From Alphaproteobacteria bacterium (GTDB lineage Bacteria; Pseudomonadota; Alphaproteobacteria; Caulobacterales; Parvularculaceae): a DNA stretch of 64,000 bases. Positions 1 through 8,331 of the stretch are shown piece after piece (within the stretch, counting starts at the first letter, position 1; every line of letters begins with the position of its first letter). The notes under the pieces were generated by a model. It made no database searches. It saw only the letters and a program-made list of their open reading frames with translations, and was not told where the DNA came from. Position numbers and translations under genes: made by a program. Location of the stretch: the NCBI GenBank assembly GCA_030433215.1, contig JAUIMC010000009.1, forward strand, positions 62,849-126,848, written 5' to 3'.

Positions 1-500
1 TAGGCGTAGATCTCGTGATCGAGGCCGACGGCGATGCGCGTCAGGACATCCTTTTCCGTCGACCACTGATAGATCAGCTCGAATTTGTTGAAGAGCCCGT
101 TGACGCCTGAATAGACCTCGCCTTCCTCCCGGCGGGCCTCCACCGAAATCGCGATGGTTTCTCCGGTATCGCCTCCGAAGACGAAACTGACGAGCGTGTG
201 CGCCGCGCCGTCAAAGGCGGGGAAGGGCTCCACGAAAAACCAGATTTCTTCAAGGTCTTTGGCGTCGATCACCTTGTCGCGCCAGGCTTCTTTTGCTTCG
301 CCGCCGGCGCTGAATTCATAAGCGCGCATGTCATGGAGGCGCCAGCGATCTTCGCTGAGGCGCTCGAAAACGGGCGTGCGCGCAAGCCCAGGCTCCCAGT
401 TGCGGTCGTTGCGCGGCGTTCGCGCGACCACCATGAGCACGAGGGCCGCGAGGATCGCGGCGAGGGCGAGCGCGGCTTTCATCATGGTTGCCTTCGTCAT
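1..500 (-). CDS. DUF4105 / Lnb N-terminal-like membrane-anchored protein (partial, runs off left edge)
   Basis: Manual translation from ATG at 500: MTKATMMKAALALAAILAALVLMVVARTPRNDRNW...HTLVSFVF...ISVEARREEGEVYSGVNGLFNKFELIYQWSTEKD. N-terminal TM helix plus H-T-L-x-S-F and SVEARRE..GE.YS...GLF..FELIY motifs as recalled for DUF4105. Not in the ORF track because it is truncated. Confidence 0.7.
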   Translation of the reverse strand, partial: MTKATMMKAALALAAILAALVLMVVARTPRNDRNWEPGLARTPVFERLSEDRWRLHDMRAYEFSAGGEAKEAWRDKVIDAKDLEEIWFFVEPFPAFDGAAHTLVSFVFGGDTGETIAISVEARREEGEVYSGVNGLFNKFELIYQWSTEKDVLTRIAVGLDHEIYA

Positions 501-599
501 GGCCCATCATGGCGAACTTCGCCGATGCGCGCCAGCGCTTGATTATCCGCGCCGAAACATGCCCTCTAGCCGATACGCAAAACCGGAGGGCGCCGCGCC

Positions 600-1394
600 A
601 TGGAATCCTTGTTGTCGCTGGAAAATCTTTTCACCCTGATGATGCTCATCCTGCTGCAGGCGGTGCTGGGCTTCGACAACCTTCTCTATATTTCGATTGA
701 ATCGGGGCGTGTGACGCCGGAGCGCCAGAAATATGTGCGCTGGGTGGGGATCATCCTCGCGATCATCCTGCGCCTTATCCTGATGGTCGTCGTGCTCGGC
801 CTCATCAACAGGCTGACCCAGCCGCTCTTCGATGCGAATATAGACGGCGTTTTCGAGGCGTCTTTCACCTTTCATTCCCTGGTGTCGCTCGCGGGCGGCG
901 CCTTCATCATGTACACGGCGACGAAAGAGATCATGCATCTCCTGGCGGTCGAACATGTCGAAAACCTCGACAAGAAACATACGAAATCGGTGCCCATGGC
1001 GATTGCGACCATCGTCTTCGTGAATTTGATTTTCTCCTTCGACTCCCTGTTGTCGGCGATTGCGCTCACCCATGTGGTCTGGGTGATCGCCGCGGCGATC
1101 ATCATATCCGGCGTGATGATGATCGCGCTTGCCGATCAGGTGTCGGTGTTTTTGAAGAAGAACCGCATGTTCGAGGTGATCGGTCTGTTCATTCTCTTCA
1201 TTGTCGGCGTTTTGTTGATCACCGAAGGCGGGCATTTGGCGCATATGGCGCTGTTCGGCTTCGAGGTTGTCGCCATGTCGAAGGCGAGTTTCTACTTCGT
1301 GATTTTCGTGATGGTGCTCGTCTCCACCGTGCAGACGCGCTACCGCAACAAGCTTGAAAAGCTGCGCGCGCAAGAGCGCGGGCAGGCGACCTGA
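600..1394 (+). CDS. terC: TerC family integral membrane protein
   Basis: LLQAVLGFDNLLYISI and NLIFSFDSLLSAIAL motifs; multiple TM helices. Confidence 0.85.
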   Translation: MESLLSLENLFTLMMLILLQAVLGFDNLLYISIESGRVTPERQKYVRWVGIILAIILRLILMVVVLGLINRLTQPLFDANIDGVFEASFTFHSLVSLAGGAFIMYTATKEIMHLLAVEHVENLDKKHTKSVPMAIATIVFVNLIFSFDSLLSAIALTHVVWVIAAAIIISGVMMIALADQVSVFLKKNRMFEVIGLFILFIVGVLLITEGGHLAHMALFGFEVVAMSKASFYFVIFVMVLVSTVQTRYRNKLEKLRAQERGQAT

Positions 1395-1446
1395 CAGACG
1401 GCTTGGGCGGGAAAAGGAAAGAAAGGTCCGGCTGTTGCGGCCGGGC

Positions 1447-1719
1447 CTATTCCATAGGGCGGAAGATCAGGGTCATGACGACGCCGATGACGCCGATGAC
1501 GCCCCACAGCGGCAGGCCCATGATGGTGCCGATGGCCTGCGATACGCCGCCGGGGGAATTCTCCACAATGGCGCCGCCGTCGACGCCGAACAGCGCGAGC
1601 ACCATTTCCGTGGAGCGCATCACCGGCTCGCCCGCTTCCAGCGAGGAGACGCCGTCCGCGCCCAGCAATGCGATGGCGACCGCCACCAGAACCCATGCGA
1701 TAATACGAAACGCCGCCAT
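1447..1719 (-). CDS. Small hypothetical membrane protein (~90 aa)
   Basis: ORF from ATG 1719 (MAAFRIIAWVLVAVAIALLG...LPLWGVIGVIGVVMTLIFRPME); two hydrophobic segments; GC-rich host-like codon usage. Confidence 0.65.
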   Translation of the reverse strand: MAAFRIIAWVLVAVAIALLGADGVSSLEAGEPVMRSTEMVLALFGVDGGAIVENSPGGVSQAIGTIMGLPLWGVIGVIGVVMTLIFRPME

Positions 1720-1976
1720 GAAAAGGCCCCCTCGGGTGGTAAACGCAAGCTTAACAGGGGGGCACATTAGCCCGGCGGGCGGCCGCCTGCAAACCACTCG
1801 GTTAACGGGCGAAGGGGCTGAATTTTCGGCGCAATTTCTGGGGATTCGGCCTTGCGCGGGGCCCCGCCATGGCTATAGTCCGGCTCCTTCCGGGCAGGGC
1901 CATGTGGTCTGGGGCCGCCCCGCCGCAACAGCGGCAAGATAAGAAAGACTCGCCGTGCGCCGGCGTATCGGCGTGA

Positions 1977-2066
1977 GGACAGGTGGCCGAGTGGTCGAAG
2001 GCGCACGCCTGGAACGCGTGTAGGCGGGCAACCGTCTCGTGGGTTCGAATCCCACCCTGTCCGCCA
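1977..2066 (+). tRNA. tRNA-Ser (GGA)
   Basis: GGACAGGTGGCCGAGTGGTCGAAGGCGCACGCCTGGAACGCGTGTAGGCGGGCAACCGTCTCGTGGGTTCGAATCCCACCCTGTCCGCCA: acceptor stem, D arm, anticodon GGA, long variable arm, GGTTCGAATCC T arm, encoded CCA. Confidence 0.97.
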
Positions 2067-2251
2067 GTAATTCCGATCGAATTTCCCGTTCCGTTTACCG
2101 GTGCGCTGAAGCCGCCGAACTTCAAAGGCTTGCACGAGATTTGGCGCCGATAGCGGGAACGGGAGACGCGCCAAGGGCGCCGATTTCGCGCGTAACACAC
2201 CGGAAGTCTCTGGCGTCTTTTCAGCGGTTCAGGAAACCAGGCGGAGACCCT

Positions 2252-3793
2252 TCAGGCGCGGGGATCAAAGCCGAGCGTACGGCGCTGCGAACGCCAGTCT
2301 CCGTCCAGCGGCAGGTCGTTCAGTTTGCGCAGGGTGAGATGCGTTGGCTGGCGTCCGTCGAGGATGGCCTCAACGATGTCAGGGGCGAGGAAAGCAAGCC
2401 GCAGCGTTTTCCAGACATAGCGCTCTGAGTATCCTTCGGACTTTGCAAGCGCGATGACAGATGGATAGACGCCAGTTTCCAGCTTCGTGCGCCAGCTCGC
2501 TCCGAGCGCGACAGCTTTGATCAGCGGCTCGTTGCGCTGGTTTGTGCCGTCAGTCTGAATCAGGCGGTCAGCGGACTTGCTCGAGGTGAGGTCGGCCGGA
2601 ACGCGCAGCAGCGATGGACCGCCAGCACTGCTTTTCAACTGGATCTCAAGCTCGTCACGATGAATCGTGATCTTTTTGACGTGCTGCATAAGCGCAGTCG
2701 CATCGGCGTCCGAGGATGAAAGTTTCGCCTGCTCAAAGGCGGCGATCACGGCGCTATCTGCTCGTGAGGCGTTGACGCGGCTTACCGCGCCGACCGGTTT
2801 TTTCGAACCGCGCACCAGCGGCGTGCTGACATAGTAGCGATAGACAGTCTTGCCGCGTCGCGAATGACTTGGAACCATACGGTTCCCGGCGTCGTCATGG
2901 AGCAGGCCGGAGAGGAGGGCGTTCGACTTGCCGTTGGTTTTCGATCGCTTCAGTCGGCGCGCATCGTCAAGCATGTGCTGAACAGAGGTCCAGAGCGCCT
3001 CATCGACGATCGCCTCATGCTCGCCGTCATAAAGTGAGCCGCCCTGCCGGACTTTTCCGAGATAGACCGGGCTGCGCAGCAGCCGGTTAAGCGTCGTCCG
3101 GGTAAGCGCGCTGCCGCCCATCATTTTGCCGGTCTGCGTCTTCCATTTTTTCGCGGTGAGACCTTCAGTGCGAAGCCGGTCGACGAGCCGAGCCAAAGAC
3201 TTCTCTTCCAGCGCCAGTTTGAAGATGGTTCTGACGGTTGCCGCCTCAGCCTCATTGACAGCCAGCCGGCGGTTCATGATGTCGTAGCCCAGCGGCGGGT
3301 GGCCGCCCATCCACATGCCCCGGCGCTTTGAAGCCGCGACCTTGTCCCGAATGCGTTCGCCTGTCACTTCGCGTTCAAACTGAGCGAATGAGAGCAGGAC
3401 GTTCAAGGTGAGCCGCCCCATGGAGGTGGTCGTATTGAACTGCTGTGTCACCGATACGAATGACGCATCATATTCATCCAGCACCTCCACCAATCGTGCA
3501 AAGTCGGCGAGGGACCGTGTCAGCCGGTCGATCTTGTAGACAACGATCACTTTGATGCGCCCGGCCTCTATCAGTCTGATGAGATTCTTGAGCGCCGGAC
3601 GGTCCATATTGCCGCCTGAGAAGCCGCCATCATCGAAGCGGTCTTTGACGACGGTCCATCCTTCAGACGCCTGGCTTCTGATATAAGCCTCGCAGGACTC
3701 TCGCTGAGCGTCGAGCGAATTGAACTCCTGGTCGAGGCCTTCGTCAGTCGATTTGCGCGTGTAGATCGCACATGGGATGAGCTTGCCGGTCAT
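2252..3793 (-). CDS. Large serine recombinase (resolvase + recombinase domain + C-terminal extension)
   Basis: CAIYTRKSTDEG (catalytic Ser), DDGGFSGGNMDRPAL, VYKIDRLTRS, GRLTLNVLLSFAQFERE, GGHPPLGY, YLGKV; C-terminal LAFLAPDIVEAILDGRQP. Confidence 0.95.
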   Translation of the reverse strand: MTGKLIPCAIYTRKSTDEGLDQEFNSLDAQRESCEAYIRSQASEGWTVVKDRFDDGGFSGGNMDRPALKNLIRLIEAGRIKVIVVYKIDRLTRSLADFARLVEVLDEYDASFVSVTQQFNTTTSMGRLTLNVLLSFAQFEREVTGERIRDKVAASKRRGMWMGGHPPLGYDIMNRRLAVNEAEAATVRTIFKLALEEKSLARLVDRLRTEGLTAKKWKTQTGKMMGGSALTRTTLNRLLRSPVYLGKVRQGGSLYDGEHEAIVDEALWTSVQHMLDDARRLKRSKTNGKSNALLSGLLHDDAGNRMVPSHSRRGKTVYRYYVSTPLVRGSKKPVGAVSRVNASRADSAVIAAFEQAKLSSSDADATALMQHVKKITIHRDELEIQLKSSAGGPSLLRVPADLTSSKSADRLIQTDGTNQRNEPLIKAVALGASWRTKLETGVYPSVIALAKSEGYSERYVWKTLRLAFLAPDIVEAILDGRQPTHLTLRKLNDLPLDGDWRSQRRTLGFDPRA

Positions 3794-4227
3794 GGTGATT
3801 TTCGCCGGTTCTTAAGGCCGAAGAAACGCGGGCCTGACCAGTGCGCGCCGGTGATGGTACGGGCAATCTCGGACAGGCTTCCATAAACCGATCCCCGATA
3901 TGCGAAGCCCTCGTTCAGCACTTCGACCACATGGCGTTTGCCGCGCCATTCGCGGATCAGGCGCGTTCCGGGCGTCAAGGGCGCGGCGTCCAGTACCGGA
4001 GCGCTCTTATCGCCATCAAGCCGTAATGCAATCCGTTCCAGTTTGCGGCGGGCCGTTGCAGAAAGGCCGCCATATCGCGCCGCCTGAACATCAAACATCA
4101 ACGCGCCGCGAATAAGTTTGGCCGAAAAACCCGGCGGCGGATCTTTTTGATGTATGCGACGCCAATGTTCTCTAAGCATCTCCTTTGACATGCGCTCGAT
4201 ACGCGCCAGTTCATCATCGAGCGGCAC
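3790..4227 (-). CDS. DUF2924 domain protein
   Basis: PGTRLIREWRGKRHVVEV...GFAYRG..YGSLSEIARTITGAHWSGPRFFGL; 4-bp overlap with the recombinase start. Confidence 0.85.
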   Translation of the reverse strand: MPLDDELARIERMSKEMLREHWRRIHQKDPPPGFSAKLIRGALMFDVQAARYGGLSATARRKLERIALRLDGDKSAPVLDAAPLTPGTRLIREWRGKRHVVEVLNEGFAYRGSVYGSLSEIARTITGAHWSGPRFFGLKNRRKSP

Positions 4228-4417
4228 GACACAACCTCTGTCGGTGCGGCTGGCGGATTGTTTCGTAGGCGACGGCCGTGATGAGCATCGCCCGGTTCAT
4301 TTGCGGCGGGGACTCGTCAGTGAGCAGCCGGTAGCGCTCTTCAAGCTCCGGTCGGCTCATATAGTTGAGCCCGGCGATATCGCGCTCGGTAGCGCTGGAT
4401 ACAGCCGCGCCCCTCAT
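4214..4417 (-). CDS. Short DUF2924 N-terminal-like protein or truncated duplicate (67 aa)
   Basis: DIAGLNYMSRPELEERYRLLTDESPPQMNRAMLITAVAYE aligns with ELARIERMSKEMLREHWRRIHQKDPPPGFSAKLIRGALMFD of the next gene; overlaps both neighbours. Confidence 0.5.
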   Translation of the reverse strand: MRGAAVSSATERDIAGLNYMSRPELEERYRLLTDESPPQMNRAMLITAVAYETIRQPHRQRLCRAAR

Positions 4418-4758
4418 GACCGCCCCGGCAGGAAGTAACGGCGCTCGCCGCCTTCGGGCTTATCGCTTATCAGCGGCAGGCCGAGCTTCTTCCTGATCGT
4501 TCCGGACAGGAATCCGCGCACCGAGTGTTCCTGCCAGCCGGTCGCTGCGGCAAGTTCTGTAACGGTCGCGCCGTCTTTCTGGCGCAGCAGAGCAAGGATT
4601 GCGTCTTTCTTTGATCCGTTGGCGCCCTTGCCGGGATTCTGCTTCTTCGCAGCTGCTTTTACCGATGCGGATTTTGCTGGCTTGCCCGGCCTGGTCTTTT
4701 TCGCGGGGCAATCCGCTGTCTTCTTTCGAGCGATTTTCACTGATTTTTCACGCGCCAT
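4414..4758 (-). CDS. DUF3489 domain (winged-helix-like) protein
   Basis: Start ATG 4758 with AAGGAGG RBS; SKKDAILALLRQKDGATVTELAAATGWQEHSVRGFLSGTIRKKLGL. Confidence 0.85.
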   Translation of the reverse strand: MAREKSVKIARKKTADCPAKKTRPGKPAKSASVKAAAKKQNPGKGANGSKKDAILALLRQKDGATVTELAAATGWQEHSVRGFLSGTIRKKLGLPLISDKPEGGERRYFLPGRS

Positions 4759-4922
4759 ATGCGCCTCCTTTGTTGTTGCACGGCAACAAGCCCGGCGTCT
4801 GAGAACGGTCGGGCGGAGACGGGCGGTTCCAGCGCCGCAAGGACAGCAACGCTCTTTCTGGAGGCGAAGTCCAGTCAATTGTTCTCGATACGGAGCAAAT
4901 ATCGGAGTTACTGATATTAACT

Positions 4923-5550
4923 TTAGCGCCTGCGAGCCATTCCCCGCCGGCGGCCGGTGACAGGGTCTCGGTCCAGCGCCGAAAGCGCCCGTTTCGAGCC
5001 CGACCACTCCAGGAACTGGCTCAACGCGTCGACCTGGTCGTCATATTTGCTGTTCGGGAATGCGGATAATTCCCGCTTCAGGTCGGCCAAGAAAGGCGCG
5101 CCTTCCGGCAGGCGGTATTTTCCGGATTCAAGTTTCGCTAGTTGCGCCTCGAAACGGGTTTCTTTGTCGACCTTGGGTCGATAGGGGTGAAGCCGGCCTA
5201 ACTTTTCTGCGCGAAACTCGCGGATGAGGATTTTGCCCGTATTGTCGTCCTCCATAATCACTTTGCCCGCGCCAAACTGCTGGCGCATGGCGATGACCTT
5301 CGCCTTCAAAGGCCCATAATCAAGACGGGCGCGATAGACATCAATGAGATCCCAAACGCCTTCACGGAAGCCCCAGCTCATGCAAACGCTGTAGTCGCTG
5401 GTCTGCTCCGACGTCATGCCGGTGTCCCAGCTTTGCACGATGAACTGATAGCGGTCAGCATTCTGCGGCCGTTCATAGGTCGGGATTTGATCCCATTTTA
5501 CGCGGGCGCCATCGATCGGAGTCGGGTTTTGCAGATATTGCGCAGAGAAG
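4923..5550 (-). pseudogene. Phage terminase large subunit, C-terminal nuclease fragment (5' part lost at IS3 junction)
   Basis: FSAQYLQNPTP, IVQSWDT, DYSVCMSWG, MEDDNTG, FPNSKYDDQVDALSQF. Homology stops at the IS left inverted repeat (5551); no ATPase half is visible beyond the IS. Confidence 0.8.
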
Positions 5551-5616
5551 TGACCCGACCCCTTTGAACGCAGCCACGAACAAGGAAACAAATGGCTACA
5601 TTCAAGGAGATAGAGA

Positions 5617-5895
5617 ATGCCGGGCAAGCGATATCGGCCTGAAGAAATCATATCGAAGTTGCGAGAGGCAGAGATTTATCTCGCCGAAGGCGTCAGTGTC
5701 GGCGAGGTTATTCGCCGGCTGGGCGTTACGAAGATCACCTATTACAGGTGGCGCCGTGAATATGGCGGCATGAAAGTCGATCAGGCTAAGCGGTTGAAAG
5801 ACCTGGAGCGGGAGAACGCCCGGCTGAAACGCTTGCTGGCCGATGCGGAACTCGACAAGGCGATTTTAAAGGAAGCCGCCTCGGGAAACTTCTAA
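5617..5895 (+). CDS. IS3 transposase OrfA (HTH)
   Basis: KRYRPEEIISKLREAE...GVTKITYYRWRREYGGMKVDQAKRLKDLERENARLKRLLAD. Confidence 0.92.
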   Translation: MPGKRYRPEEIISKLREAEIYLAEGVSVGEVIRRLGVTKITYYRWRREYGGMKVDQAKRLKDLERENARLKRLLADAELDKAILKEAASGNF

Positions 5896-6791
5896 CGCCC
5901 TCGCGCCGACGCGCCTGCGTCGACCGCGCTGTTGAAAAGCTCGGCGTTTCCGAACGCCGGGCTTGCCGCATTCTCGGTCAGCACCGCTCCACGCAATGGC
6001 GCAAACCGAAAAAGCGCGATGACGAAGATGCACTGACCACAGCGATAATTGATCTTGCTGTCCGCTACGGGCGCTACGGCTACAAGCGGATCACGGCGCT
6101 TCTTCGTGCTGACGGCTGGCGTGTAAACCACAAGCGTGTCTTCCGGATATGGCGGCGCGAGGGCCTGAAAGTACCGCAGAAACAACCGAAACGAGGAAGA
6201 CTATGGCTGAATGACGGCTCGTGCATCCGGCTCCGGCCGCAATATCGAAACCATGTGTGGGCGTATGATTTTGTTCAGGATCGCACCCGTGACGGCCGCA
6301 AGTTCCGCATGCTCACCGTGATCGACGAGTTCACCCGCGAATGTCTGGCGATCAGGGGCGAACGTCGCCTCAACAGCCAGAACGTTCTTGAAGTGCTCGG
6401 CGAGCTGATGGTCAATCGCGGTGTTCCCGAGCACATCAGAAGCGACAATGGCGGCGAGTTCCGGGCCAAAGCCGTTCAGGAATGGCTGTCAAAGATCGGC
6501 GCGAAGACACTCTACATCGAACCGGGAAGTCCCTGGGAGAATGGTTACAACGAGTCATTCAATGGCCGGCTGCAGGACGAGTGCTTAAAGCCGGAGCTGT
6601 TCAATCATCTGATCGAGGCGAAAATCATCATCGAAAACTGGCGGCGCCATTACAACACCGTGCGCCCACACTCATCATTAGGATACAGACCACCGGCGCC
6701 GGAAGCCTTCCCGCCGGCCGATCCGGCCTCCGCTGTGTGGAGGCTCCGCACGGATCGGCCTTCCATCGGAGCCAATCTCATGGTTACATAA
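5883..6791 (+). CDS. IS3 transposase OrfB (DDE), expressed by -1 programmed frameshift
   Basis: Slippery heptamer G-GGA-AAC at 5883-5889. The -1 frame reads GKLLTPSRRRAC...GYKRITALLRADGWRVNHKRV...WAYDFV...IRSDNGGEF...PGSPWENGYNESFNG...YNTVRPHSSLGYRPP. Confidence 0.9.
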   Translation, partial: GKLLTPSRRRACVDRAVEKLGVSERRACRILGQHRSTQWRKPKKRDDEDALTTAIIDLAVRYGRYGYKRITALLRADGWRVNHKRVFRIWRREGLKVPQKQPKRGRLWLNDGSCIRLRPQYRNHVWAYDFVQDRTRDGRKFRMLTVIDEFTRECLAIRGERRLNSQNVLEVLGELMVNRGVPEHIRSDNGGEFRAKAVQEWLSKIGAKTLYIEPGSPWENGYNESFNGRLQDECLKPELFNHLIEAKIIIENWRRHYNTVRPHSSLGYRPPAPEAFPPADPASAVWRLRTDRPSIGANLMVT

Positions 6792-7088
6792 AAGGTGGCT
6801 GCGCTATCGGGGTTTCGTCACTTTGGCAGCAGCGCGTCGTCGGAGTATGTTTTATCAGTAAGTAATTACCGGAACACAATTTAAAAATTTGCAGTCGGAA
6901 TTTAACGCAGACCGCGATTCTCTTTTCTAAGCACTTCCCTTGCGGGCACGCTCTAGCATTCGGGCCGGAACGCTCAAAGAACGCCAATCAGACAACTATT
7001 GAGATTCATCTTAATATATGATGCCGTAGTTGGGATCTTCGAACTGAAGCTGCTAATCCCAGGGCTTAAATCACTAAGGTGATCTACA

Positions 7089-8189
7089 TTGGCATACCGC
7101 AAGAAGTTCCAGCTACTGTCGTCAATTGATGAATTTGATTGCTATCGAGAAATAGCGCTTCGAGGCGAGCCATCAGGAAGCTTTCGACCAGATGGACTGG
7201 GAAATATATATTCGAGCACTGATAAATCAGGATATCGTATCGAGCTTGCCGGCGCCCATGGAATTGGGGGTTGGGAATGGTTTCGAATAGACACCGGCAA
7301 TCTGGTTTGTTTTGTGGACGTCCAGTTTAATCAGGACATTGAGCAGCACATATCTGTGCAGGAACATGCGCATGTCCAGTTTTTCATAACCAGAGGCGCC
7401 GGCTTTGGCTGGAAGAATGAGCTGGCGTCACAAGGATATTCACGGGCAATATCTGTCTTTACAATGACATACCCTGCAAACAGCGAGATAACGCGCCGTG
7501 TCCCGGCAAGGGCGCGTAACTGTGGGGTGTCTTTACTATTCAAATTGTCTGCCCTGGAAAATATGTGTGGCGGTCCCTTTAACGAATCGATCAATACATT
7601 TTTGCAACTTCTTTCCAATAATGAACTCGTAATAACGCACCGATTTTACATGCCTGCGATTGCGACAGTATACGATCAATTTGTAGATTGTGCGTATACG
7701 GGACTTATGCGCGACGCGTATCGCAAGGCTAAGGCTGTAGAGCTGTCATGCTTGTTAATCGAAAGCATCTCGCGGGGGGATATTCAAAAAGAACGATTTG
7801 GTCAGACGAGTGAGAGCCGATTACGGGTCGAGCGGGCGCTGGAAATAATGACCGAGAATATCGATAAGAAGATAACAATGGAGCAGTTGGCGGAGCGGCT
7901 CGGCGTAACCTCCCGAACCCTGATGCGGGACGCCAATCAAGTTCTTGGAATTTCTCTATCTGAATTTCATCGAGAGCGGCGGTTGCAGGTGGCTTGCGAC
8001 CTGTTGGAAGCTGAAGATACGCCAATCACTGAGATCGCGTTTCGCACCGGTTTTCAAAGGGTCAGTAATTTCTCAGAGGCTTTTTCGGTTCGATTCGGCG
8101 TTACCCCCCGAATCTACCGAGCTTTGCACAAAGGGGTATTGCCAGAGATAGGTGTGACGAAGCGGCAACTGCGGAAAGCAAAAAAGTAG
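7089..8189 (+). CDS. AraC family transcriptional regulator (PchR/YbtA-like layout)
   Basis: YRKAKAVELSCLL linker; C-terminal double HTH ITMEQLAERLGVTSRTL...ITEIAFRTGFQRVSNFSEAFSVRFGVTP. Confidence 0.88.
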   Translation: MAYRKKFQLLSSIDEFDCYREIALRGEPSGSFRPDGLGNIYSSTDKSGYRIELAGAHGIGGWEWFRIDTGNLVCFVDVQFNQDIEQHISVQEHAHVQFFITRGAGFGWKNELASQGYSRAISVFTMTYPANSEITRRVPARARNCGVSLLFKLSALENMCGGPFNESINTFLQLLSNNELVITHRFYMPAIATVYDQFVDCAYTGLMRDAYRKAKAVELSCLLIESISRGDIQKERFGQTSESRLRVERALEIMTENIDKKITMEQLAERLGVTSRTLMRDANQVLGISLSEFHRERRLQVACDLLEAEDTPITEIAFRTGFQRVSNFSEAFSVRFGVTPRIYRALHKGVLPEIGVTKRQLRKAKK

Positions 8190-8233
8190 GCTGACGACAA
8201 TTCTGGACAGATGAAGTCGTGTTTTCGGAACTC

Positions 8234-8301
8234 GTGTCGTAATAAGTGGTAACCACCTGATTTATTTCGGCTTATGGAGACTAATTATGTGTCGCGATAA
8301 G
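8234..8301 (+). promoter_or_regulatory. Candidate tandem AraC-binding direct repeats upstream of TBDR
   Basis: GTGTCGTAATAAG (8234-8246) and GTGTCGCGATAAG (8289-8301): 11/13 identical, 55 bp apart. Confidence 0.35.
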
Positions 8302-8331
8302 CGACCTCATTAGTTTAAGCCGGAGGGGCAC

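Larger units (their letters stand above)
5551..6820 (+). mobile_element. IS3-family insertion sequence (~1270 bp)
   Basis: Imperfect terminal IRs: TGACCCGACCCCTTTGAACGCAGCCAC (left) and the reverse complement of the right end TGACGAAACCCCGATAGCGCAGCCAC. TG...CA ends; orfA/orfB inside. Confidence 0.9.

Noticed and set aside
5551-5651. Apparent N-terminus of the 242-aa terminase ORF
   Set aside because: It is read-through into the IS3 left end; terminase similarity stops at 5550.
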